Positions 24,717-37,225 of a DNA stretch of 64,000 bases are shown here, in pieces (position 1 is the stretch's first letter; the number at the start of each line of letters is the position of its first letter). The notes under the pieces are model-generated. The model saw only the letters and a list, made by a program, of their open reading frames with translations. It ran no database searches and was not told where the DNA came from. Made by a program: the position numbers and the translations under genes. Where the stretch lies: assembly GCA_964187785.1 (NCBI GenBank), contig OZ076409.1, forward strand, positions 82,896,001 to 82,960,000, in the 5' to 3' direction. The DNA is from Amphiscolops sp. MND2022. Its lineage: Eukaryota.

Positions 24717-27417
24717 TCAAGTAGCTACAGACAATCGTTCCGAAGAACCTCTTGAGTTTATATCGTTTAACCATTCTTCCAGGGCATCATTCAACTTCGT
24801 GTTCGATAATTCCTTTGCAATTTCGTTCACAGCTGAGATAGCGTCATGGGTAATATTGGCATTATCCGAGAACTCTCGGGAATCAGATTTATCCGCTAAG
24901 ATGTTAGGCGCGACACTGTCTGCATTTGAAGGTAACTTCACCATGTGACTGAGACTGTTTTTCAATTTGATGAGCTGAAGAATGTCAGAAGCCCGTTTTC
25001 GTTGAACTAAAAAGACCAAATAGTCGGCAAGATTGTTGGTCGAGGATAGAACGTGCAGCAAAAACAAAGGATGCTCAGAGGTAGAGAGAAAAGCGTCATA
25101 CAAATTATTTTGGCAAACATAGTTGAAAATAGTTGAAAGAATTGCTTTCAGTCTTGGGTCGTCTAGAAGGAAGGTTTGGAAGGCGAAATCGACGAGAAAC
25201 TGGAAATGACCTGAAACATATTTTTGACGAATCATTGAGTTCAACTAACAATCAGGGTTTTAATGGCGCTATTTAACAATTTAGCGACTGTTGGTTAATA
25301 GTAATTGGTTAAGAATGAATTCCAAGCAGTTCTCATCCGGAAACTAAACGAAGTTTTGAGTTGATTCAGTTGGAAAAACGTCAGAAGCTCAAAACCTCGA
25401 ATTTTTCGGAACTTTAGCGATGTGAATTAAAATCAGCAGAAATCTTCGCTAATAACATTCGTGAAGATGTCATTTTAAAAATGATTATTTTTCATTTCCT
25501 AAGAATTATTTTAGTAAAATAGAAAGAAGAGGGAAAGATTTAAAACCTCAATTTGATATTTTTGGAGAAATCAGATGAACTGGAAACCTCACTGTGCCTT
25601 TAAAAGAGGTTTACTATGACTCAGGATTTCCAAATAGATACCTTAGACAATTTAAGACTCTTTGAACCTTTTATACAATTAAGACATTATAAAATTAAGA
25701 CATATTTTATACAACTTTGTTTGAAATAGCAAGGAGACGAGCTATATTATCAAATTTATTTCCTCACTAAAGCAACTGCAAGCGCATTTACAGATCACCA
25801 TTATTTCTTGAACATGACAACTTCGGATCAAGTTGGATTTACGATCTAGCCAACTCAAACAAGTTTGTTTGCCCTCGAGAAACATGAAAGACCCAAACCT
25901 GCTATGAGCATTTGCTGAAACTTTTGCTCTTCGAACATGGCCACAACGCCAGACGGTTCTCTATACACCTTTTTGTAGACGGATTTAATAACTTTGTCAC
26001 GATTACAATGATCGGCCGATCCGTTCAACCATAACTGACCATCCGACCTCCGTTCCCAAACTCTGTGGGAAAACTCGGGAGCAGTGGTGCCGGGTTTGGC
26101 GCATTTTGACTTGGGTGCGCTCGAAATGTCAATGAAGGACAAACCGAACGTATCAATTCCATCGAGACGCGTTTCTTCCTCTAATTTGGTATCTTCGGCT
26201 GGGCTGAAAATTCAAAGGCAAAATGAAAAAGTTGAGCATTTTCACAGATTGGTACAATAAAGTTTTTGCTATTGACACTGTAAGGAGGCTCTGCAGCTTG
26301 CAGCGTACTGACACCCAAACTCTTTTCACTGACACGCCCTCCATGTACTAAGGGCAAAAAGTTCTATATCTCTTTACACCATATCACGGTTTCAGTACGC
26401 GCAGTCCTTATATGTTATTTTATAGTTGATCAAGTAAGGAGAAAGGTTAAAATAAAGTTTTTGCTGTATTCAAAAGCTCAACTTTCTTAGTGAATAATCT
26501 TTTTTCAATGTCAAAAACTTGGATGGCATAAGTGGGTACCAAGACATTTCGCCCTATGCAACTTCATCCGTTGCCATTTCAACCGTTGAGTTTCAACCTT
26601 CCGTATTCTCCACCTAAACTAATTCTTGCTAAGTAGTCCTAATGCAGTTGAGGTATTATTTCATCACAATAATTAGTTATGAATCAAACAAGCTTAATTA
26701 ATGGCAATATCCATGTAGAAGCCAAAACGTATCAAAACTAACGTAAAAATAAGAACGTTTGGTTTTCGAAATGTATACGAATGAGAGCAACCTAACAATT
26801 TTATAACTAATTAGGATCAATTAGCCAAATTTGGTATACGTCGAAATTGGAGAAAGTTGAAATTGCATCGGATGGAATGTCCTGACACCTAAGTGATTTA
26901 ATTTGATTAACCAAGTTTGATTTGACTAGAATAGCTCTGACACATTACTCATATAAGTACTAGATGCTTTGAGTCATGAAATTGGTGACTTTGTATGACT
27001 ACACAAATTGATATACCTGGTTCGGTTTAGTGGCACAGATTTGAACACAACTCGCTTTTCAAAGTAATCTTGCGCCCGCTTCCTCAGATTTAAGAGGTCG
27101 TCTTCTGTTATGTATTTGATCTGGGTATTTCTACAGTGGGTAATTTTATCACCATGCTGATAACACTTGCGCAAATCAAAGCGGGTCAATGCGAGTAAAA
27201 TTTTCCGAATTTCGGGATCAAATTTGAATATCTTGTGAATTGCATCGTGGTTTTCACTGATCAGTTGACATTTGCGTTCAATTGATTCTTGCTGGGAGAC
27301 ATTTGAAAAATAGCGGAAATATGTAGCAGAGAGGCTTCTGAGGTTGCTTCCTTTCAAACCACCATTTGAAGGAAGAAAGCTGTTCAATTGACAAACGCGA
27401 CTCCAGCTATATCGCAT
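24717..27417 (-). CDS. MRPS22: Mitochondrial small-subunit ribosomal protein mS22, divergent, 3 exons
   Basis: Exons 27417-27017, 26203-25899, 25210-24717 join in frame. Presequence-like N-terminus; DPEIRKILLALTRFDLRK ~ DEEVQSILTKMTGLNLQK; FIDIS ~ FTDIS; RRSDGQL ~ REPSGTL; NRDKVIKSVY ~ ERDRMIQVYF; LYDAFLST ~ KYDLLRST (by-eye comparison with remembered vertebrate sequence). Confidence 0.75.
26535..26889. mobile_element. MITE with GG...CC ends and 6-bp TSD in MRPS22 intron 1
   Basis: TAAGTG at 26529-26534 and 26890-26895; imperfect TIRs GGTACCAAGACATTTC vs GGTGTCAGGACATTCC; internal TTTCAACC-like repeats. Confidence 0.6.
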
Positions 27418-27568
27418 TGCACTCTAAAATATGAGGCTAGGAGAAATACCAGAACAAGGAAGAAATAAGGAAAAATCAAACAAAGACTGATTCTACTCAA
27501 CAAAACTACTACAACCTCTAGCTGGACCAAAGTTCACATTTTACAATTTCACATTCCTAACTTCCCGG

Positions 27569-28053
27569 TTTTTAGTCGGCGCTTTTCTTAAGAAAAGAGT
27601 CGACTATAGTCATGGCTTTTCGTCAGTGTTTTTTTAAAGACCACCTTAACTGACCAAAATAGTTCTACAAAATATTATTGCACCAAATTGCACTATTTGG
27701 TCTAGCGAACTGAACCAAAAAGGTTTTTCCTGTTTTCCCGCGTAACATACCATACCGGGCGAGACCAAAGGGTTCCCCCTTTCAGTTTTTTTCGGCATTC
27801 TGAGACTTTTTTTCCGGAAAAAAATTTTTCCCCAAAGGGTCCCCCTGCATTTTTTTGATGTTTTGCGACAAAATGGATGTTGAAAACCCCCAAAGGGTCT
27901 ACCCTTCAGTTTTTTCGGCATTGTGAGACTTTTTTCCCAAAAATTTTTTTTCATAAAAGGGTCCCCAACTCATCAATACTTTGACATATTGAATTCCTTT
28001 TGCTATTTTTGAGCCTTAGATATGGCACCGACTTGGGCCGGTGCCGGCTTGTT
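27569..28053 (+). mobile_element. Family A element between TMCO1 and MRPS22
   Basis: TTTTTAGTCGGCGC start; GAGCCTTAGATATGGCACCGACT + GCCGG-TG-CCGGC + TTGTT end. Confidence 0.75.
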
Positions 28054-28337
28054 TTTTATAGATTTAGAAGCAATGAAATACCCGGAATTTTGAAAACAAA
28101 GCCCCATCTTTCGCAACCTTTACCAAACATTCGGCATTTGCAATTCTATAGCATGAATAGCTGAAAACATAATTGTACATAATTCATTAAATAATTTAAA
28201 TACAGACGATTTTATTGATAACATCGTCTAAGGTGACAAGAGGGTACATCTGTGATAATACACAATACTGCATGACAGGACAAATTACACAAATCATCAA
28301 AGTGGTCATAGGTCATGTTTCCTCCTCCTCCAAGCAG

Positions 28338-31300
28338 CTACTTGCCGAATCCCTGGCCCTGAGAAAAGAATCCACCTGGTCCTCCACCTGCTAGCTTGCT
28401 GACAGCCCGGCTAGGGGCCAGTCCCAATGCTTTCTGGATGTTTTGGCGAACACTCATTGTGCATAGAATGTAGAGGAATATGAAGCTACAGTCGGTGGGG
28501 TCGTTGCCAAGAAGAGAACGATGGGAAAGGCCCTGGATCCAAGATAAGGGGGTAAAAGGCAGTTTGGCCACAACACGACCTTCGAATATTGTGTTGAACA
28601 TGCCTGAAATAACGCAACCATAAATGCTATGCAGATAAATTCGAGGCAATTATATTCAATTTAGCCAGAGGTTTAACCATCGGTTAAGCAATTAGTTTGA
28701 ACAAGACGGGAACGTCTCAAGTCGGCGCTATATCTAAGGCTCAAAAAGCGCAAAACATTTTTTTGGAAAAAAACTTGAAATTTTCGAGAAAAAAATTTCT
28801 TTCGGAAAATGTCGCACAGTGCCGAAAAATGTAAAAGGGGGACCATTTTTGATTTATAAACACGCATTCTGTAGCAAAATAACAAAAAACTCAAAGGGGG
28901 GACCCTTTGGGGACATTAAAAAAATTTCGAAAAAAAGTCTCACAGTGCCGAAAAAAATCGAAAGGGGGGGGGGGGAACTTTAGTCCCGTCCGGGCTTGTA
29001 TGTAACGTTTAAAAAGTAAATGAATGCGCTCCCCGTTTGCCTTTAGCGGTCCAGTAGTTTAGTACTTATTTAGTAGTTGAACGTTAATTTTAACGTTCGT
29101 CGCTTCGAGTCTGTCTTAAATAAAAAAAAAGAAAAAAAAACAAGTGACTGTAATAGTCGGGCTCTTTTCTTAAGAAAAGCGCCGACTAAAAACGGTTTGG
29201 TCAATAGCTCCAACTGTTAACAGATCGGTTAATTTAGACTTAAACTCAGTGATCTCTAGTGCAATGTTTATCCCCTTTCTATCTATTTTTGGTTTTCAAA
29301 ATTCAACAAGTGCAGGAAGAATTATTCCCTTTCCGACGCACCTTTGAAAAATGTGTTTTGAGTGTTTTCTTCTGCTCAGTAACATCCTTCATAAACAGCA
29401 ATGAATGTCTCGAAGCTTTTGAACATTCCTGTCCTTGAACATCAAATTGCTTTAGCAAAAACTGAAGCCAGGACTACTTAGAATGGTACACTGTGCTTAC
29501 CCATTAGGGCAGTGAAGGTGAATCCTATTGCGAACATACTCTTCATTTTGACACTAGACAGCTCGCGGTTCTGCATCTTTAGCTTTTCCTCTTCCCTCTC
29601 TAGCTTTTTCTTGTTCCTGCCCATGCCGCCCAGAGCAGACACTGGCGAGGCGGCCGCTCCCCCCAAAGCCATGTCCCCTTCCTTGTGTCTCTCTACTTTC
29701 TTGCTCTGCTTCTCTACCTATAAAACAGCAACATATACAAGTTTTCGTTACAAACCAAAATTGACAAAAAATTATTCAAAATTTTGCGTTTAAAAATATA
29801 AGTAAATCCAGCAGGAAACGAAACATTTTCATTACCCAAATCAATCAATTTTCAAAAAATTTCATCAATGTCAGGTCAACTTTTTTGGTAACTAGCCAAA
29901 AAATCGACTTTGAAAATAAATATCAAAATTACATGGTTTGCTGTAATAAGTTTGACATAATATTCGATGACGAAGTGTGATCCCAAAACAGACATCGAAT
30001 TAACTCTAAGGCAACGCATAAGTTCTAAAACTTTAAAAGTCAATCAAGTTTTAATCCAAAGTAAGGAACAAAGGCAAATTAGAGAGCAAATGCGAATGAT
30101 TCGACTTTACAAATATCTCTGCTATAATCACAAGCATGAAGCGCTACAAAAAATCAATTGTTTAACAGAACATTTTGCTCCTCTACTATTGTAGAATTAA
30201 TTATACATATCACTTTTTGTCCCAGAAAAAGGAAGCCATGTTTTTGTACTCAACAATTTTTCAAAGAAGTTTTCATAAAATCCCTACGGGAACACTTGAT
30301 AAATGTCTTTAAGCTAAATACAAAGGAATTGCTAGATACAAAGAAATTACTTTCAACCTTCAGCATGGAACCGCAGCATGCAGTGTAAACGCAAAACGCG
30401 ATACGTCAATTCAAATTTACTGACGTCAAACATTTAGGCTTTCAAGATGCGCCGGCATCGAGATTTCCTAAAGGTTACATTCTATGATTATTGAGCTTAC
30501 AAAGAAATCTGATTAATTTCTATGGAAGCGTGTCTCCGCTCCCTTTTTAGCGTCGACGTAGAATGGAAAATGGGAAATTGTCTCAAGTAAAACCACCGTA
30601 AATCCTAATCAACAGCAGACTTCTAAAAGCTTGTTCCTAATGAATGTATGCAGTAACATTGATAGAGAAAATAACAACTTGAACGCAAACATGCACTCGT
30701 GTTAATTTGGAAGGTTCGTGAAGTATACCAACAAAAAGTTCCAAGAAAAAATGACGTCGATCTTTCGAAAAGCCTAAACTCAGGATTTAAAAAAATTGAT
30801 AGAATTTGAAATCAATCAAGCATTTAAAGATTCGAAAGCTTAAATGCTTTCACTGCATATCCCTTTCAATTTTTTAAAAGGCCGAGGAAAAATGTGAAGC
30901 CATGTAAACCATTATTGAGCTTGAAAAGCGACAAGTTGAATATTTACGGGGTTTTTACATCGCGAATTTTCTCAAATACGATTTTGATAAAATTGAAACT
31001 TCTAGATCGCCTGTTTTTTTTAGGTTACCGCTAATGTGATTGACCAACAAAATCATTGAATTAACTGACATACGCCAATTCAAAGTAAATTCAAAACCCT
31101 CGAAAATCACATTGAATAAGCAGCATACCTCGGCCTTGAGTTTCTTGTAATGGCGGGTTCTGTACACCAACACGTAGGTGAGGGCCTCACTGAGAAGGGC
31201 CGTGCAGATGGATATGAAGAGAATGAGGATGGTGTCTACGGGGGAGACACTGCCTATCAGCATCATGGGCGGGGACAGTGGGTCGGAGAAAGAGGAGGGC

Positions 31301-31350
31301 GAATCTACACCGCCTCCCTGACCTTCCTTTGGCAATTCTCCTGACTCCAT
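28338..31350 (-). CDS. TMCO1: TMCO1 (ER calcium load-activated channel / GEL complex subunit), 3 exons
   Basis: Exons 31350-31129, 29717-29501, 28603-28338. DTILILFISICTALLSEALTYVLVYRT, KLKAEVEKQSKK, KMKSMFAIGFTFTALMGMFNTIFEGRVVAKLPFTP, GLSHR, DCSFIFLYILCTMSVRQNIQK are nearly invariant family motifs. Start could be a later Met (~31266). Confidence 0.96.
28700..29192 (-). mobile_element. Family A element in TMCO1 intron 2
   Basis: AACAAGACGGGAACGTCTCAAGTCGGCGCTATATCTAAGGCTC at left end; GCGCCGACTAAAAA at right end. Confidence 0.75.
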
Positions 31351-31388
31351 GGTAGTCTGAAAAAATCAGTGTCACATTAAAGAAAATT

Positions 31389-32075
31389 AACAAGCCGAGA
31401 ACGGCCAAAGTCGGCGCTATATCTAAGGCTCAAAAAGTGAAAAAATTTTCAAAATATGCTCATGACGTTTTTATATGAAAAACTCACAGAAGTTTCACCC
31501 AAAGGAAGCCTTCCGTGCTGGGAAAACGCTTCAGAAGTTCGGATATAGCGGCTGGGACAAATGCGAGCACTTGTTTTCGAACCTCCGCCTCCTCCTCAGT
31601 GAAACGGAATATACTTCGGAAATAACGTCAAAAATTCGGATATAGCGCTTTACTCCGGATATTACGTTCAAATTTCGGATAGTATTGAAAAAAATATTGG
31701 TGGATATGTATTGAGAAAACCTAATGTCAGATGAAAAATGACAATTTTGAACAGTCTCATAGTGCCGAAAAATCTGAAAGAGTGGACCCTTCGGGGTTTT
31801 CAAACATCTATTATGTCCCAAAATATCAAAAAAATTGAAGGGGGACCCTTCGAAAAAAAGTCTCATAGTGCCGAAAAAATCCAAGTTAAAAACACCCAGA
31901 TAGCCAAAGTGGGGATCCTTAGTTGTTTTCAAGGTTCTGTACGTCGGTTTTATAATTTTGGATGGGGTTCTAAGGTTTGCTGTATGTTTTGGTCAAACTG
32001 AACAAATGAACAAAAAGGTGGACCTTTCGTGTCTAAAAAAACTACCCAATGTAAGAGCCGGGCATTTTCTACTAA
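31389..32075 (-). mobile_element. Family A element ~40 bp upstream of the TMCO1 ATG
   Basis: Reverse complement of 3626-4346 at high identity; 5' end truncated or altered. Confidence 0.75.
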
Positions 32076-33615
32076 AGGAGGCTCGCGTTAAATATGGGCC
32101 CACATTGCCATGCACGCTAAACCTATGAAAAGCTTAACAGATACAGCTAACGGCGGCGAGATATGCATCAGTAGAATTCAAACTACCTTCAGGGAAAATA
32201 GGTCAATTTTCACGTTACTTTTTCTCCAAAATTTTATGCCTACTTCCCACGTCCTATCCAATCACGTACAAATTCAATCAATTATCATTTTTTAAGTTTC
32301 CGTCAAAAAACTATCCAAAACTTACACCATGGTCACTTGCGACGTTGTGGAGTTTTTTTCAACAAAGAACGCTCCGATTAATGCGATTCGAGATATAACG
32401 ATAAGAAAAACAACGGTGATGTCACTTTCAGACGCTACGCTCGCCCAAAAAGACAACAAATTAAAGAAACTCATTGTGTGGTCCAAAACTATTGCGAAAA
32501 GTAGATTTATTGTGGCGAATTGAAATCTCGCTTGATTTAGTGGTAAGACGTTAACAACTTTGTGCAAGTTTCATACTTTATTGGCTAAACTCGAGCCCTT
32601 AACATATGCTGACACTGAATTCCTTTGTGTTCGTGTTCAGAGGGCATCTTGTTTCGACACTAACCGACATCGACTTAAAACTCAAAATATGTTATAACCC
32701 TATTTATGTAGCGGTAAAAAACATCTAGATTCAGAATGGCAGTTACATATCAAACTCGAGATTCATACGAGTGGAAGCAAATCAAGTGATGTCCGGCGTC
32801 GCAAAGTCTCAAAAAAGAAAAGCCTGTTTTAGATAGAGGAGAACAGTGGACATGATTTCAGAATATCAAAATCAGAATGGAAAAGAGTCAAAACACAGTC
32901 GAAAGTGAGTAGAAACTGAGATCAGAGTATAGAACTAGACTCAGCGAGACTAGCATTGTTAAATGACCTTGTCTTCGCTTTCTAACGGAAAAAAATGGTG
33001 AGCCCAAAGTCTGTTTTTACCATACAAGTAAAATTAAATTAGAAATTTTCAAGTATATATTCAGAAAAACTCAACAAGAATTTATGGAGTAAAATAAAAT
33101 TTGACAGCAATATACAAACAGCAATTAATTCAAACCGGACAGAAAAAAAACGACACTGGATCATGCACAGTGTTATTTTTGGACACGATGAATACTCAAG
33201 TGTCAATAACTCGATCAACTTCTCGGGAAATTGACCATCTATCAAGTAATTGCATTATCCATTCATACTACGCTATAGATTCATCATTCAATTTGATAAA
33301 TTCAGTCTAAGAATCCAGCCGCTTTGTAGAAATAGCGAAATCATTCACGCATCGTTGTGCTAGATCACAAAATTTTGTAATCTTAGATTTCGACCAATTA
33401 CCTGCTCAGCAGTACAAAAAAGCAATAAACGATAAATCCGGAATGAATTCATCAAATGATATGTCGTCTTTGATTAAGAAGCGAAAACTTTGAGAATAAA
33501 ACGTCATTCATTTATCACATTCATTTATCACATTCACTGGGATCGAAAGTTGCAGTGGAAGAGAAGATAAAATAAATAATAATTTACAAATAATTGTGGC
33601 AACGATTGCGTCAAA

Positions 33616-34420
33616 TCAGTGTTTAGATCGGCCGATGGAAATCAGCCACGTGCCTCTTACAAGGCCTTCCTTGCGATAATATTGCACTAGAGAGAAAAAG
33701 ACAACGCCAAAAGTTACGATGAAGGCACCAAACACGCCGGAAGCCCTAAGCACACCCGTTCCAGCGATGGCATCCAGAACAAACGAGATTGGCACAACGG
33801 CACAATTGACAACGGCATAACGAGTCGAAGATATGTAATCGAGGCTGATTTTGAATAGTGAAGAGCCGCCGATTGCGAAGAAGGCGTAAGTACTGATTAT
33901 CATCAAATCGTTTGGCTTGCGATGCTGCATCAACTGGTCTGAATACAACGTGTGCAGAGAAAGCAGCCCGAAAACACCGAAATGAAGTAAGTAGTCCGAT
34001 ACGTCAGATCGAAAATCTTTGGAGCCTTTCACCACGGCATATCTGAAGCAAATGAAAAGACTGAATATCAATATATTTGTAATAGAAACTAGTTTTTAGA
34101 AGCAGTAGCACGTTGAAGGACATTCAATTCGTATTTTGAAATGAAACCTGCTCAGAAAGGACGGACGAATTTGAACTAGCGGGAAAGCCTAAAAATTAAC
34201 CTCAGAAAAACAGGCTGAAGGCCGGAAATGACTGCTGTGGAGGCAGCGGCGCACCACTGGAGAGAAGTCAATTCTCCATACGCAGATGATTCCCCGCCGA
34301 AGATAAAACTGGGCTGAGAGATAATTACTTCACCACTGACGATGACACAGGCAGCAGAAAACTCTGAAAGCAAATTTTTAATCATCATACCTTTCACGGA
34401 TAGATCAATAACCGGTATTT
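33616..34420 (-). CDS. Last two exons of a multi-pass membrane protein (possibly DMT/SLC35-like); upstream exons not identified
   Basis: Exons 34420-34201 and 34042-33616 join in phase (CTG AG|gttaat ... ttcag|A TAT); several hydrophobic helices; C-terminal GVFGAFIVTFGVVFFS resembles the last TM of DMT-fold transporters (inference). Confidence 0.5.
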
Positions 34421-34593
34421 CTGAGAAACCCGCGCTTGGAAATTCCTTTGAAATCAACATTTTTAAATTAGGAGTTTCTACGAATTGAAATGAGTACAGG
34501 CAGTAATTTCTTGTGACAAAATTTTCTGAAGTGTCAACAAGACGCCAGCTATGCACCGGGATATTTTCCACCTTCAATTGGCTAACAATAGAC

Positions 34594-36914
34594 TAGAGCT
34601 GCGCGCCAGCCGTTCAAGCCGCCGCCGCCGTTAATTTATTACGTCAGCCGCCGCCTTTGATTTTATGCAGCGAAGCTGCGGCTGACAATTCCCTTAATAT
34701 GTAGCATCTATTTTAACACGCGAACGAATACCATTCACAGCCGCAATTTGATTGGCTAACGACAAAATTCTAGACAATAAGCCAAATATTTTGTACGCTA
34801 GTAAAAGATCGTATGAATTATTAGCCACGAAAGTAAAATCAAGTAATTTTCACACCGATTAGCCAGTTTAACGATATTTATCAACCAAAATGTCTTGTTT
34901 AAAGAATTACAAGGTTATTATAGATCATTCAAAAACTGACGGAAGTATTGTTTGGAATTATTTCGGTGAATTAAGCGACAATATGGGAATAATTCAACCG
35001 GACAAGTATTTCTGCGCAGAATGTCTTAAAAATGAACAAAATAAAGACAAACAATTCCTGAAAAACCTGAAATGTTATAGCAAATCCTCATCCACTGGCA
35101 ATTTGAAGGCGCATTTAATTGAGCGACATAAGTTGAGTTTTACACCAAAAACCCCGTCCAAGAGTGATATATCTAAATGGTTTACTTCCTCGCCAAGAAC
35201 TCCTATTTTGCGCAAATCTGATCCAGAATTAGCGGAGAGCATCTTCTTAATGTGTGCCAGAGATCTATTGCCGTTCCAGTTTGTTGAAAAAGAGGGTTTT
35301 AAAGATTTCACCAACAAATATCTACCAAATCGAAGCTTGCCAACTAGACAAACGATTGTCCGAGCTGGTGCACGTGTTACGGAGCAAATTAAAGAGTACA
35401 TTGTGGACTATTTGGCTTCAGAAAACAATATATTTGGAACAGGAACTCTTGATTGCTGGACGGATATGTACAAGCGACGAAGCTATATTGGATTTACCTA
35501 CCATTTCATTGATAAACAATTCAAAATAAAAAATATCTTGTTGGGGGCACGGTATTTTGAGCATCCCCATACCGGAGAGGCAATTGCCGACAATCTGAAA
35601 AATATACTCAACGAATTTCGATTGACAGAAAAGTGTAAAATATGGGTAACTGATAATGCAACAAATAACATCAAGTTTGCGCGTGTAATGGATACTACCC
35701 GGCTTGGTTGTGATGCTCATGGCATACATAATCTTATTATGCGAGATGCATTTGGAAGCTCTATATACGCAACAGAATTACTAACTCGTTGCAAAACGAT
35801 TGTAAAGGCATTAGTATGGAAGGATTTGGATCAATTTAATTCAAAAGAAGTAATAGAAACTATCTCTTCTATTGAAGACGAAATTCAGATGGATGATCAA
35901 TATCCCATATGGTACGACAAGGACCAAAGGTCTACAACGTTAAAGCAGGAAGTGCCTACACGGTGGAGCTCAGCCCTTCGAATGATAAAAAGTGTACTTG
36001 ACAACATCAATTGTGTAACTAGACTTCTGGAAATAGCGAAAAAATACGAATTAATTTTGAGTGATCGTGAAATATGTGATTTGAGAAAACTGTCAGAATT
36101 TTTGGACTCTTTTTCAGTTGTTACGAAAAAATTAGAAGGATGCCAGTATACGACCCTCAACTTAGCTGTTCAATATAGAGAATCTCTATATGAGCACTGT
36201 AAACCCGAAGACAGGGATGAAGATTTTATTTCCCAAATGAAGCGATCAATACTCCAAAACTGGGATAAACGCTTACCCTCGTTGGAAATCCATATTGCAG
36301 CAGCTCTTATGGATCATTCAACAAAGCATTTAAAGACTGTTTCGGATTTTCTCAAGAACAAAGATTTAACCGCTGCAGAATTTTTGACAAATGTGATGAC
36401 CCAGTTAGACATTGAAACTAACACAACGTCGCTGAATGATAATGATCTCTCTCCAGCCAAGAAAGCAAAATTGGAAGAAAAATTGCTTTTTGTCAGAAAG
36501 TATGGGAATTTTACAGCACTTGAGGTATCGAGTTTCAAAATAGAGGTTGACAAATTTATGATGATGCCTTTATCAGCCGAAACGTTACTGCTTGACACTT
36601 TGGATTGGTGGAAATCGCATCAAGCAGAATATCCCATGATGAGTATCCTTGTACGGTCATTATACTCGGTACCCTCGACTGCCGCTGCTATTGAGAGAGT
36701 GTGGAGCTCATCAGGTCTGACCATCTCCTCTCGACGATCATGTTTGGGGCCAACTAATTTTGAAAACTTGATATTTGTTCATGAAAATTATGCTTTTGTC
36801 AAATCTGATAATTCAAATTTTTGACAATTTGTTTTCAGCCGGCTGAGCCGCCGCCGCTGATAGAACTCGTATTGCGCCGCCGAATTGCTTCGGCTTGAAC
36901 GGCGCGCAGCTCTA
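34594..36914 (+). mobile_element. Full-length hAT DNA transposon (2,321 bp)
   Basis: Perfect 14-bp TIR TAGAGCTGCGCGCC, extending through GTTCAAGCCG after a 4-bp indel; perfect 8-bp TSD CAATAGAC (34586-34593, 36915-36922); subterminal GCC repeats. Confidence 0.97.
34890..36824 (+). CDS. hAT transposase, 644 aa, uninterrupted
   Basis: BED finger (VWNYF..CAEC..LKAHLIERH); TLDCWTD, VTDNATN, CDAH, PTRWSS, LDWWK, AIERVWSSSG catalytic and dimerisation motifs. Confidence 0.95.
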   Translation: MSCLKNYKVIIDHSKTDGSIVWNYFGELSDNMGIIQPDKYFCAECLKNEQNKDKQFLKNLKCYSKSSSTGNLKAHLIERHKLSFTPKTPSKSDISKWFTSSPRTPILRKSDPELAESIFLMCARDLLPFQFVEKEGFKDFTNKYLPNRSLPTRQTIVRAGARVTEQIKEYIVDYLASENNIFGTGTLDCWTDMYKRRSYIGFTYHFIDKQFKIKNILLGARYFEHPHTGEAIADNLKNILNEFRLTEKCKIWVTDNATNNIKFARVMDTTRLGCDAHGIHNLIMRDAFGSSIYATELLTRCKTIVKALVWKDLDQFNSKEVIETISSIEDEIQMDDQYPIWYDKDQRSTTLKQEVPTRWSSALRMIKSVLDNINCVTRLLEIAKKYELILSDREICDLRKLSEFLDSFSVVTKKLEGCQYTTLNLAVQYRESLYEHCKPEDRDEDFISQMKRSILQNWDKRLPSLEIHIAAALMDHSTKHLKTVSDFLKNKDLTAAEFLTNVMTQLDIETNTTSLNDNDLSPAKKAKLEEKLLFVRKYGNFTALEVSSFKIEVDKFMMMPLSAETLLLDTLDWWKSHQAEYPMMSILVRSLYSVPSTAAAIERVWSSSGLTISSRRSCLGPTNFENLIFVHENYAFVKSDNSNF

Positions 36915-36937
36915 CAATAGACACAATCAAAAATTTA

Positions 36938-37225
36938 CCTCCTCCTTGGTAAAACGCAATTTACTTCGGGTATAACGTCAAAATTCTGGTATAACGCAAT
37001 ATTTTCGAACCTCCGCTTCCTCCTCAGTAAAACACAATTTACTTCGGATATAACGTCAAAAGTGATGGGACAATTGAGAGCGCATTCTTCGAATCTCCAC
37101 CTCCTTTAGTAAAACGCACTATAGTTCGGATATAACGTCAAAAATTTGGAAATAGCGCAATATTTTCGAACTTCCGTTTCCCCCTTAGTAAAACGCAAAT
37201 TACTTCGTATATAACGTTAAACGTT
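36938..37225. repeat. Degenerate tandem array, about 4 units of ~75-80 bp
   Basis: Recurrent CCTCCT..AGTAAAACGCAATTTACTTCGGATATAACGTCAAAA; matches an internal segment of family A (31580-31640). Confidence 0.7.
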
